Assembly: GCA_965637545.1 (NCBI GenBank)
Contig: OZ281496.1
Coordinates: forward strand, 27,714,001 to 27,778,000
From: Phallusia mammillata
Taxonomy: Eukaryota
Length of the DNA: 64,000 bases
Direction of reading: 5' to 3'
The position numbers and the translations under genes were made by a program. Under the pieces are notes generated by a model, which was given only the letters and a program-made list of their open reading frames with translations, was not told the origin of the DNA and searched no databases. Of this stretch, positions 24,814 through 37,400 are shown piece by piece. Position 1 is the first letter of the stretch. The number at the start of each line of letters is the position of its first letter.

Positions 24814-26440
24814 GTTTTTCTCTTTTGTGTAGCTTTTGAAACCACCGTGACCAAACTTTACGATTAGTTTTCAATATAGACGTACCGATGCGAAACTGCC
24901 TAAATTTTAAAGCAAAAACCGCCGTAGTTACAAAACAAAACAACCGGCTTTATTGTTACAATGCCTTTTTAGAGTTGTTTCTAAATAAAAACGTTTAGCT
25001 GTACGGTTTAACTTTGCCTTACACTGTACGGTTTTTAGGTTTTATTAAAACAAAAGCTCGTTTTACAAATTTTACTGCCACAAGTACTCTTTTCTCACTG
25101 TTATTTCGTCCTTGTTAACCAGCACCTTACAATCTCGGCCATAAATTTCAAACAAGCACATTTAACAACATTGTACAACCTATTCGTGCCAATACGTTCC
25201 CATGATCATGAGACATTGGTATCCACATCCAAATGGGAATAGGCGTTGTTCATTCTACACTATTACGTCACATTGATGCTCGGTCGCGCGTAACCCATGA
25301 TGGCTGCGCCCTAAAATGATTCAAAACATTTCGTTCGTAAGTGTTGTAATACGGAAAACCTCTGTCGAGCACAAAACTAGAAGCTTTAATGATCGGAAAT
25401 TGTGGGGTTGGGAAGGGGTTTATCGCTTGGAATTAACAAAGTAGTTTTCACTGGTTAAGTACGGAAGTTATATAGGTAAAAAATGCGTTTTGTTTGGGAA
25501 ACAAAACACGAAACTGGTCTTTTACGTACCGGAAACCGCTATTTTACATTTTACGACATAAGTGCTTATTTTATTCTGATTTACAGGTAAACGGTTTAAC
25601 AAGTCTACCGTTAGCTCGTTATGCCGGTCCATAATGCAAAACTTTTAGGTACCAGCATCCGATATGTCAGTTTACGAACCAAAACAATTAAACCAGCCAA
25701 AAGTGCACTTTTGTGTGATTTGTAGCACAAACTGTATACCTTGTTTGAAAACAACGTCGTTTTACGCTATAACCCAATGGTTTGACTCATTCATTTAGTA
25801 TGATTGGTTTCTTTGCTTATTTTAGGTGAAAGGACAATTGATATTTAATGCATTTTCTCCACTGATACGGTCGGATGTTTCGTTATTGCTAAAATTTACA
25901 CCACCCAGTCTATTCACAATTTTCACGTACAGGGCGTACCTAATGTGTTAAAATTCTTTAACGTCTAGTGGCAAAATGATTACCTCTGTAGGCTATATCA
26001 TAATCGCTCACGTAGACATGATGTTTCTTTGTCCAGCAACAAGCGTAACGAGGTCTAGGGCACAACTACAGTCATGAAATGTGTACATGAACATCGATGT
26101 CAACGCGTTTTTTGTTTAAAGTTTCTGCGTTTCTGTTTGTTGAATTACCTTTATGTTTAAAACCATTTGGCCTGGATTAGCCCTCTATGTCCATATGGTG
26201 CATGATCTTATCACTAATTAACTTACGCAATAACGCATTTCTTGTTTATTCAGCGCCATTTACACCTTAAGTTTCAACATCTTTTGGCGTAAAAGACTTG
26301 CCTATTTTATGCGAAACCGTTTGACAAATATTCAGATTGGTTGCTGATACATTTATTTGCATTTATACAAAAGCATTTCTAATCACATGATTCTAAGTGA
26401 TATTTGGATGTTGTATATCTTAAACCACTGCCCATCTAAG

Positions 26441-28051
26441 CTAATGGTTTAGCAGGTAAACGGGTATACAAAACAACAGCAGAAACAACAATTTGGCCAT
26501 ATCTGCCCCACCCAATAGTGCTGCAGCGTTGCTTTGAATATCTGCAAACAGATGACAAATTACAGCAAATCATGTTTAAATACATGCTTAAAACTTGAAT
26601 CTATGCAATTGTTGTTGTTCCAACGTGCGATTACCTATAACTTAGTTTGTTTATTTACTGTGATTTCAAAGAGTTCTTTACCCATGACAGCTACACATGT
26701 TCCAGGGACTGTCTTGAAACTGTTTGCTGGACAAATGCATATCGGATTATTGAAGTTGTTTGACACGCATGACCCCAATCCACAGTCCCTGTTGCAATCG
26801 TTGGCTACGGTTTCGGCTTCGGCTACTGCAAAAATAAAAACCGGTTGCCTTATTAAAAGTTATCAGCAATGCCATTTTCGCAGTTTATCCGGCATGCAGC
26901 ACCTCATGCCCGGCAGACTGTTATTTTGTAGGGTACAATAGCTATATAAGTCATATAATTTTTTACTTCGGTTGGTGGTGTTTAAAGTGTTTGTAAAGGA
27001 TTTTAAACATATTCCGTCAAATGTTTTGACTGTTTGTTGGTTACGTGTATGGGTTATTACATCCGCTGGCTAATGCAAATTTCAAAAATAATTAAAGCGC
27101 TGGCAACGCTTAATTGCTTTATTAGACCGTCCATAGATCCCAAACGTTACAGCAATTCTGTTTGTACATTTTCACTTATAACCATTTTTTGGGGCAATAA
27201 AGGTAGTTAGTTTAATGATACTGTTTTACGGTCTGCGTCGACATTAGTGAAATTTAAATGTAGTGGAGAAATTTAAATGTACCACATATTCCGTCAGGTG
27301 CCTTGATCGTTTCTTGAGTGCACACGCATTGCTGGTTGTTGACAGCGTCAAGCACACAAATTCCCAAGCCACAGTCTCTGCTGGAGGCATCCTCTACAGT
27401 ACACAATTAAAAGATATTTTATTAGGTGATCTCCTTAACTAAAGCCCCCAGCGACGTACACCGCTATAACATTTTGTTTTCGGAGAAGCTTACATATTGA
27501 GTTTAAATAACGATGTGTTTCTGGTTGTAGATACGTTGTGTGTATCTACGTTTGTAAGTTTTACCTGGTTCTCTTTGGAAGGAACATCATCAGATTGTCT
27601 GGGACTTCGTCTCCGCCTATAGTTGCGCCTTGAGAAATAATTACCGAAAATATGCATGTTAAACTGTTTTCCCGGTTTTGTTAAATAATGAACGATTTGT
27701 GCAAAACATCTAAATACGCCCTCAATGATCAGACATTACCTTTACCCTATCAAGATTATTTGGGGTGTTTATGCCAATAAAACTAAGTAAGTCAGTAAAT
27801 TATTGAAAGTATTGCAGAAACGTTGAAAATATGGTAATGGAATTTAATTTTAAGTGTGATATCTACAAAATGGCCATGTTTCTCCAATTGTACTAGTTTC
27901 CACTGAGCTAAGAAATAAATGACACAAATGTGCAACTGGGTACTTACGATTGTTCCTTAAGTATAGTCAAGATGTTTTTGTCCCCTGTTGGAATGCACCA
28001 CGTTTCGTTGACCAATAGAAAGAACAGAGCAATGAAAGTACTACACTTCAT
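26441..28051 (-). pseudogene. Gene E: paralog of gene F with an apparent frameshift
   Basis: Exons 27948-28051, 27565-27616 (52 nt vs 71 nt in F), 27283-27393 (first Cys changed to Ser), 26682-26825, 26441-26541 (DIQSNAAALLGGADMAKLLFLLLFCIPVYLLNH*). The 19-nt difference shifts the frame unless a cryptic AG is used. Confidence 0.7.
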
Positions 28052-28904
28052 TTTGAGACGATTTTTAAACCCAACTCTCTTTTTGAAATATATTGGTTTA
28101 CTGGTTTGTCTATGTTACAATACTCTTTTCTTGTTTTTGCTACTTGGCGTTGTTATCAACTACAACCAGGAAAGCAACCAAGAAAAACTTTAGCTGTGCT
28201 TGTACTTTAATACTGAAGCACTACTTGATGACAAGGCATTTTCAACAGCAGATGTACATTAAGAAAAAAATATGACGCAGCATCGCATCAGTTCGGTTCT
28301 GCACTTAAACTCAACACGAAACATGCGCCCTCACATTTTTGGTCTCTGTTTGAAGCGTTTTCCGCACTACAAATCAATATGAAGTAAAGTGACAAAGAGC
28401 GTTATGGGAGTGGCCAATCGTATCCACGTTTTCTCATATCGAAGCAATGAGGCGATAACGTATATTTCCACCTTTGCAGATGCACGCACTGAAAGAAGGT
28501 TTATATTTCATCTCGAAACAACAGCTGTGTTAGTTATTTTGACTTATTGTCCAACTGTTGTTTATGGCATAAAGCTAAAGTGATATTTTATCTACAGATT
28601 TCGGACAGAACTCTCTGAACTGACCGTGAAATGTTACAACATCACGAAATAGAACACAAAGACAATTACGACACAAGGATATGCGAGTAAGGTAAAAGTA
28701 AAGTAACACTGTGTAATTTACGTTCTTTTTTTGAAAGTAGTCGGTGGCGATTAAACGTCGGTTGTCGAGTAGGCTGGTGTGGACAATCTTTGCATTTTTT
28801 TAGTTAAGGACTGACAAGTTCTCATAACAAAAGTATGAATAAAGCCTTAAGTTATGGTCATATGACGGATGTCTAAACGAGTGTTGTAACTACACTACCG
28901 GAAA

Positions 28905-31900
28905 CTACGGTACTTGTTTGTTGGCAAATGCCGCGCATTCATCGATATCTGCAAAACAAATGTTTTTAATTAGTAAATTCAATTATTCATCTAAAACACC
29001 AGCATAACACTGATGATGGCATTACGTTATGCCGAAACGTTACAGAAAAGCAAGTCGGTCTATTTTAACCGTTTTAGGTCTATTTTAGCTGTTCTCTTTC
29101 TTATTGGACTTGATTCACTCATTATGCTAATGTGTAATTATAATGTTGAAAAAGTATATTTATCAACAACGTAACTAATAGTTTACCTTCGCATGTAAAG
29201 CCATCTCCATTGAACCCAGTAGAACACTGACAGTCAAAGCTACCAAATTTGTTGACGCAGATTGCGTAGGTGTGGCATGGTGACGTAAGACATTCATTAA
29301 TATCTGTAGTAAACACACAATAGGCTGGCTTATTCACGGCTAAGATATAAACTGTTAAACAAGTTTATACTTACCCTCACAAACAAACCCATTTCCAGTG
29401 AACCCCTTGATACAAGTGCACTTAAAACCGCCGTTGGTATTTATGCACGTCCCTTCTTCAGAGCAGTTGTGTTTTCCCGTTGCACATTCGTCTATGTCTG
29501 TAACAGTATGAAAATGCTGTTTTTGCTTTCAAAGATCGTATTTGTGTCAAACGAATTAGCAAAATACGGTTTTTACTAGGAGAGAGAGAGAGAGCACTTT
29601 TTGAAATCTTTTGAGATTATTCGTCTAAGATTTACCGCTGTCTATACTTGTTGATTAGTTCTGTTTCATTTATTGTTTACTTCTGTTTCATTGGGTAAAA
29701 AATGTTCGAGTAACGCATTTGAATTTTATTTGGATGAGTGATAGATTTTTTTTATCTTTCAAATAACTTTCCCTAAAGTTTTTTGTGGTATTACAGACAC
29801 CCTATGGGTTCTGTAGGCAAGCATTGAGGGTCTAGAATTTTTACAAAAGTGTATGCAACAAACCACTATGTAATGAAGCAATTATCTTTTGCATTCTCAC
29901 CTTTTCACAAAAACTGACACTTTCTGTATTGCAGAGACAGATAAAGTTAACAGGAGTATTGTTGCAATTAACGTTGTTGACGTACAGAAGTTAAATGCAC
30001 CTTATACCAATTAGTAAGATTCTATGTTCGTTATGCCCTGTCCTTAGTCTTTTACACAGTCGTATTGTGTAAAATTATGCTAGCTATCGTTACGGTAAAC
30101 CACAAAGTCGGGAATCAATACCGTTTAGTTGAAACTCAAACCCGAACACGCCCCGAAAAGCGACTTACAAACGCTGTGATGTGTTTCAAAGTAATCCTTA
30201 CCCTGACAAAACGTTCCGTTTCCAGTAAATCCGTTGTTACATGCACACGTGAAGCTCCCAGGGTTGTTGGTGCAGGTTGCGTTGGCATGACAACCGTGAT
30301 TTCCAGCGCACTCGTTAATATCTGCGGGTAACAAACAACGTCATGTGTTTGTCCATATACCGTGTTGTTAATATTACAATTTCATGTTAATTGTGGCAAT
30401 TGCTTTTTTGACACCGGGGACATTATTCACTAAAAAAGGCATTTGAAGAGAATTTGTACGAACTTATCCGAAAAAAATAATCAATTGCGTACTTTGTAGA
30501 TCAATGTAGATAAAAAAACACCTGTTACTCGATATAATGCTGCCTTCACGAGCAGAAATTAACCATAACGCAACATATGGTCACATATTGCTTTAAGTTC
30601 AATGTTTGTAGGATTTAATTTTTTTTTGCCTACCCGTGCAAGTCATGCCATCCCCCGAGTAACCAGTGTCGCAGGCGCATGTGAAACGCCCAAGTGTGTT
30701 GGTACACATTGCGTTCGTATCACAAGAGTGAGATCCAGCCATGCATTCATTGATGTCTGAGTAATATACAAACCGTTACTTAGAATAAAACTACTAGCTT
30801 ATCGATGCCGCTTATTAACTGAACGTGTATTATCTACTTACCAACACATGTCAATGGGTCTACGGTTCCTTTCACTTGGTAACCGGGGTCGCAGGTACAA
30901 GTATAAGAACCGACGTTGTCAACGCAAGTTCCGTGTGAACCACAATCATATCCGAAATCCACGCACTCATTAAAATCTGTAACAACGGTTTGCTGAATTT
31001 TAGCAAAATTAAAGAGCATTTTCTTATTCTCTTTTTGTTATTGAGAGTTTTGGTAGTACTATGAGCAAAATAACGTTTGTCTGTTGACCTGTGGTTAACA
31101 AATATCAGCTGATTTTGTGAAATTGTTGCTTTACCTACGCATGTCAATCCATCCCCAGTAAATCCAGCATTACAAGCGCAAGTGAAAGATGGGTCGGTGT
31201 TGGTGCAAGTAACATTGTCGTGACAGTTGTTGAAGTGCGGTTCGCGCATTCGTTAATGTCTACAATGACAAAAGCCAACAGTTTAAATTTTGATGCATAT
31301 AAGCAAAAGTTACATTGCAATACTTACCAACGCAAACCTTTGCTGAATTAAGTTTGTAACCTGTCGTACAGTTACAGGTGTAAGTTCCAGGAGAGTTAGT
31401 GCATGAAGCAGTTTGTGGGCCGCATACTGTAGCGTTTCCAGCGCATTCGTCAATATCTAGGAAATTTTGAAAGCATACTTAACATATCGCTTGTTTTTGC
31501 ACTATGACGCGTTTATGAAGTCGAAGGACAATAAAAAAATATTTATTATTTTGATTCCAAAAACGCAATCATTGCTTTTCTCATCTAAGGTCTCTTCAAA
31601 ATATCTAAAATATTTTGTGATAGAAATGAACAAGTAATTACTTTGCCTAGTAAACGTCTTTTAAAACTATGCCAAAGTTGCAGATAGTTGTTTACCCGTG
31701 CATGTTGTTCCTGATGGCACGAGTGTAGTGGCAAACGTGGATGTGCTCGAATCGCTGAAACCAGGGTTACATGTGCATTGCACCATTGATGTATCAAGAT
31801 TGGTGCAAGTGGCGTCGTTCGCGCAAGGATGGAGTGTCGTAGAGCAAATGTTAGTGACTGCAAGAATTTTGGATTAATATACATGCCTCAAACAGTAGTT

Positions 31901-32284
31901 AAAGGTGGCATGCTAAAAGATTTACAAACTTAGTAATTGCTCATACTACCTTTCGTGGCACATAATGAATTCTCACCTTTTTGAATTTTTGATTGAATAT
32001 AGGTTCAGAGAAAAAAATGTTTTGATTTCATTTAAACAAAAGAGATACTCACTGTTTGCAGCGTTTCTAGTAGCCAGATGGGCGTCTAGCGCCTCTGTGG
32101 CCTCTGATAAGTTTGCGAAGGTGAAAGTTTCAACAGTTTCGGTTGTAACGCTTCCTCCGATACCATCTGGTACGCTTCGTGTGAGGTTGTACACAACGAT
32201 AACTGTAAAAAATAATTATGGCGAAATAATTACGCAGCTAATCAAGGCCGCACCGAATAAGGCGAGAAAAATCTTAGGCTCCAT
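28905..32284 (-). pseudogene. Gene D: EGF-repeat paralog of gene I with broken leader exon, one frameshifted exon and no recognisable GPI tail
   Basis: Leader relic 32284-32232 ([17 protein letters not shown], donor lost). Exons 32053-32202, 31696-31857, 31328-31456, 31135-31259 (125 nt vs 126 in gene I), 30842-30976, 30634-30756, 30202-30321, 29375-29497, 29187-29303. The last acceptor at 28948 reads DIDECAAFANKQVP*. Confidence 0.7.
29580..29594. repeat. (GA)n microsatellite
   Basis: About 7 GA units in an intron of gene D. Confidence 0.8.
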
Positions 32285-32756
32285 TACGTTTATTACTAAA
32301 GTTAAAAAAAGCCTCCTAAAACTTTGTAGAATAACGTGTTAGTATAGGCAGAAGTGTATGAGCATACAAAATTTTGAAAAAAAAAATCACCCCAATTTTT
32401 TTTTCAAAACCGTTGAACGCAAATTCGACTGAACGGAATGCTTGATCGACTCTTCTCTCTTCTCCGGACATGGTAATGTCGGCCTGTAGGCATGACGGCA
32501 TGAAAAAACTCACTTAAATGTTTACTTTGTTCCATTTTTAAGCCCTTAATTTAGGACTTATTAGGTTTGGCGGATTGATTCTACGCATATAATTCGCCAC
32601 ATAAACAGTTTTTTCCCGGTTGTGTCGCATGTTCGGACTTTAATTTAAAGTGAATGTCAAAGAGGTTATAGTTGCAATTTACAGAGGTTAGTTTCAGTAA
32701 AGAAAAATCATGTTTGTATTAAAGTTTTCATCTGGCCTTAAATCTTTGACCAGAAT

Positions 32757-33044
32757 CTATTGTGGATACTGTAACTTTACATTGCCGTTTACTAGTTCTG
32801 TAACCTGCTGATTAGAACCGTCAAGAATCACTGGTCCGATTACTGTGACGTTGTACACGACGATAACTAAAAAAATTACCAGAAATTCACACAGTCGCGT
32901 TTTTGTATGTTTACACCAAAATCGGCATTTTAAGTATGACATGCACAGCAGTTAAAGAAGCTCACCTGCATTAATGCTTATCTGGCCTTTAACTGATTTG
33001 CCCAAGACGATCCAAAACCACACTAAACCGAACAACACTTTCAT
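32757..33044 (-). pseudogene. Gene D0: intact signal-peptide exon plus a stop-containing N-terminal-domain exon
   Basis: 32966-33044 reads MKVLFGLVWFWIVLGKSVKGQISINA+G|gtgagc (79 nt). The acceptor at 32866 gives VIVVYNVTVIGPVILDGSNQQ... to a TAG at 32757-32759 with no consensus phase-1 donor before it. Confidence 0.65.
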
Positions 33045-34444
33045 GTTTTAATGTAATTGTTGCTGTCGTATGGTTAATGCTGTTAACATATGCTGCACAA
33101 CAGCTATAAACTTAAATAGATGTGCACGAAATCCAGTAATCGCTAGTCGCTGCTATAGTAGTGTTTTGTATTTGCGCTTCTGTTAGAGCCGAATTGTGCT
33201 AAAACACCACGGCAGTCTGCATTAACAGTCATCCACTTTGCCTTCCTTTTTAAAAAGTAAGTTAATGTTACAAACTACTATAGAGGCTAACAAAGCTTTG
33301 CATAATTAGTTCGGCATTTTTTGTTTATAAAACACAACGCTAAGTAACTGAATATGTTAAACACAGCATTTAATACTAAATTGAATTGTGTTTGCTTACA
33401 ATACCCTACAATAAAATAATTGCACAGTGAAAGGAAACCTACTCATTAGGCGTACACTACCCACTTAACCATGACTAGTTTAAGTGCATAACGTTGAAGA
33501 AATTATTTATTGTTAAAAAACAAGAATTGTTTCTTCTGCTTTTATGTCGATAAGGTGAGTCCAAAAATCAAACTTATTTAAAGATGTGAGCTTACTTTGC
33601 AAGACGAGCTGCCAAATCCCAAGATATTTTCAAACCTAACATTCTAAACTACATCGAACAAATTGCCGTAGCTTAGATATTTTAAGTTCCACAAGTATCA
33701 AAAGTCATATCAAAGTATTTCTAAAATTCTGACACCAACGAGGCGAAGTGATAAATCCTGCAGGAATCGAACCCGTTTTGTTGAAATAGAAATCTAATTT
33801 TAACGCGATTCTCGTCCTTTCGTATCCAGTTCTGTAGCTTTTTGGCCGTGTTGTAATCGCTTATTGTTTTGTCTACATTTTCGCGGTGTATGTACTGTAA
33901 TAACCGATTTTTCTGCTAATCGGTACGTCATCTATTGTTTGCAGTGTCTGTTTTGAAACTCTGCTAACCATGACCATTAAGATTGTATTAGGCCCATTGA
34001 ATTTTCTTCGGCGTTAGTTTAACGTGATGTAACAAACACTTCCTGTCGACTGATTGTAAAACGGTCTTGCTTAGTCATAAAACACTGTGACGTTTTGTTT
34101 GTGAAACAAGTCTCTATCATAGAAACAGTCGTTTGTTAAATGTTTATGAAACGTATGACTTACCTAAACAATGCTAGGTGTTTCGTGAATTTAACTTTAA
34201 TTGCTAGTATAAACGCCAAAATTGACCACAAATTGCTGTGGCAAATATCATCCTATGACTTAATTGCCTTAGAATTTTTCCCACAATAAGTTTTTTCTTG
34301 AGTAGCAAGGAAAGTTTGATAAATAGTTTTATTTACAGCTGATTGCAGTTTTGGTTATACTTAACACACAAATATCATTTTTTACAATTTGAAAGGTCAT
34401 AAATTCTTAAAAGTTTCTCAAGAGTTTTAAGATCTCAAAAGCTT

Positions 34445-37400
34445 TTACATGAGCACGTCCATTGCAAAAGCAGTAATGAACGCAATAACTGCCATGAGGA
34501 GTAATCCTATGTCTCCGTGTAAAACCGTAGCAAAGCTGCATTCAGTTAGGTTCTGAGGAGGAGGAATGCCTTCAAAAGCGAAAGGAAATCAATTTATCAT
34601 ACATTTATAACAATATGTTTTAAAATAATTGCCTGGCGACGAATTTAGCTTCATAAACTCGTCGCATAAATTTATGAAATAAACTATTATGAAGCTATAC
34701 AATGAAATAGTTGTCCCTATTAATCAAACTACTGGAAGTTGCAATGCTTGTTAACTGGTAACTTTGAGGCACGTTTGTTACGTACCCATGCAGTAGGTTC
34801 CATTTCCATAGTAAGGATAGTTGCAACAACACGAGAAATCCCCTATGTGATTGGTGCAGGTTCCATTTTCATGACAATTGTCTTGTCCGTTGGTACATTC
34901 ATCGACATCTACAGAAAGCATCTTGTTTGTAAATGCTCGTTTTTATACCATTTTGCCAAGTTTACTATTCATTTTATAATGTATGATGTTTAGGTAATTC
35001 TTAAATCGGTACCTGGTTGACAGAAATAATGTGTCTTTGCGCAATAATACTAGACACAACTTGGCGAATGGGTTGTCGTTGTAAAACAATACTGTTAGTT
35101 TGTCCTATTTTCGATAGTTTGCTTCAAAGGTGGTTTGCACTTGCTTTAAAGTATAACAAGGTCACTAACCGTCGCAATAAGTTCCGTTTCCTGAGAATCC
35201 ACCATGACATGAGCATGTGTAACTTCCATCTGTGTTGATGCAGTCAGCATGTGGACTGCAAATTCGAGGCTGGTTGCATTCATTGATGTCTAAAACGGAG
35301 AAACGTTTGAACTCTAATCCATTTAGGCCAGGGGTGGGCAACATACGGCCCGCGGGCCGGATCCGGCCCGCGACGGGATTTTGAGCGGCCCGCAGACAGT
35401 TTCTGGTCTTGCATGATAATGTGGCCCGCAGCCACATTCTGCCGCAATCCCCTACTACTTGCTTACTCCGTCAAATTATAGTTGTAACGGACAGTAACGC
35501 TCCCCACTAGCAAAAAACTTTCCCGCCGTTGTAACCATCGCACCATACATCCATTGTTACGACATAACTGCAAACTTTGTGTTTGGCCTGATTTCTCGGT
35601 TTTCTTTCTTTCCACACGTGTAGCCTAGTTAGTGTTTCTAAGTCTGTGGTGTATGCATTAAATTTGCTGTGGTGAATAATTTTATGTTATATCAGTTAGA
35701 TTGTTTGGACTGTATTGTAATTGCGACGTTCTTGATTGTATTTAGTTTAGGTGGTCAAAAACCCGTTTTAAATCACTGGATAAATACGCGATTCAGGAAT
35801 CCGGCCCGCCAAGTACTTCATTTTCCCATATCAGGCCCGCCGACTGGAGAAGTTGCCCGCCCCTGATTTAGGCTAAATTGGTCGAAAGTATAAGTGATGC
35901 AAGATTTTTTTCTGTGGTGGTAAAGGTGAACCATGTATGTGTAGTTTCGTTTTTAAAACATTCCAAAACAGCCAGCTGATTAAAATCTCTCTATTTTGCA
36001 TTTGTTTTGTTATTTTGCTAATATTAGGCAGCACGCGTTGAAGTTTTCATGCAATTAAATTTTGTTTTGTCCACCTTTGTATACCTGTACAGTTGTTGGT
36101 AGTGTAACCGGCATGACAGAAACATTCAAAGCTGCCGATTGTATTCACACAATCGGAATGGGTTGGACAGTTATCTGCTGCTGTGTTGCACTCGTTAATA
36201 TCTGAAATGAAGTACAATGTATTTGGACATCTGTTGACCATTTAATGGAAATGCCTCGTCATTATTTTAACTACTTAAAAAGTTAAACTATAGTTATTTG
36301 GTCATACCAAACGATTTGCAAAGAACGGGACACTTGTGTTGCACATTTTCATTTATATGACGAGTGCCAAAAAGTGTGACTATATCTAATTAAAATGCTT
36401 TTTTTATTTCTTTTCATATAAAACTAATGCATTAGACCAGTGGTGGGCAACCGCCGGTCCGCGGGTTAAATGCTTTAAAACATTTTGCCCTTGTATCCCG
36501 TGGGTGTTAGGCGTTTTCAGTGCTAAATATTTGCATTTTTAAGGGCCGGTCCACGATAAAATTTCAGTTTCAAAAACGGTCCGCAGTACAACAAGGTTGC
36601 CGACCCCTACATTATACCATCCGCTTCAAAAACATCGGAAGCTAAAGATAATAATCGAAGTATCTAAATCGGTCAAATAACTTTAAATCGTTTTACACTT
36701 GGACTACCCGTGCAGTTGAATCCGTCTCCTTCATATCCAGCATTACAGGAGCAGGTATAGCCGCCTGGCGTGTTGAAGCATGTAGCCTCTTCGTGGCAAT
36801 TTGCAGCGTTGTTTAAACACTCGTCGAAATCTGCGCAGAAAGTCAATGTCCTCAAATAAATAATATCGACAAAGCGACACCTGTTAAATCCGTCCGGATT
36901 TCTTACATTTTGATTGTATTTAGGGGCTCATAGACGTTGACAACCTGTCGTTTACGGTTGAAAAAATAAAATAAAATTGAACACAACTTGCATTAAAATG
37001 CAGGGCAATTAAAAAAACATCGCTATGGCATCAAAATGCCTGGATTAGAAGCCACACAAAAGGTTGGGTAACAAACCTAGGGTAAACAAGTCGCTCTTCG
37101 CAATCAAATAAATACGATAATGTCCCATTGGGTGTTAATGTAAATTTTAATGACATACCTTGACAGTAAGTTCCATTGCCATCATATCCGCTATCACAAA
37201 CACACTCGTACATTGTGCTGGTATTGACACAACTGGCGTACTGGTCACAACCGAAGTAATAGCAGGGATCGTCCTCTGTAATGTAAACTTATGATGCCAC
37301 ATGCGAACGTAATCAAGTTAAACTTTTGTTTTCACAAAAACCATTTAGGCAAAAATACCACTGTTCAAAACGCGGTAACGCAACGTAAATTCTGTATTTT

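Noticed and set aside
15085-24943. Three repeated 68-aa ORFs (MFCFVTTA...GQSGRR) as a small gene family
   Set aside because: They overlap the real leader exon in another frame and repeat only because the block is triplicated.
32316-32513. Minus-strand ORF containing MSGEERRVDQAFRSVEFAFNGFEK
   Set aside because: No recognisable family, no convincing donor, and it ends in poly-A/T sequence.
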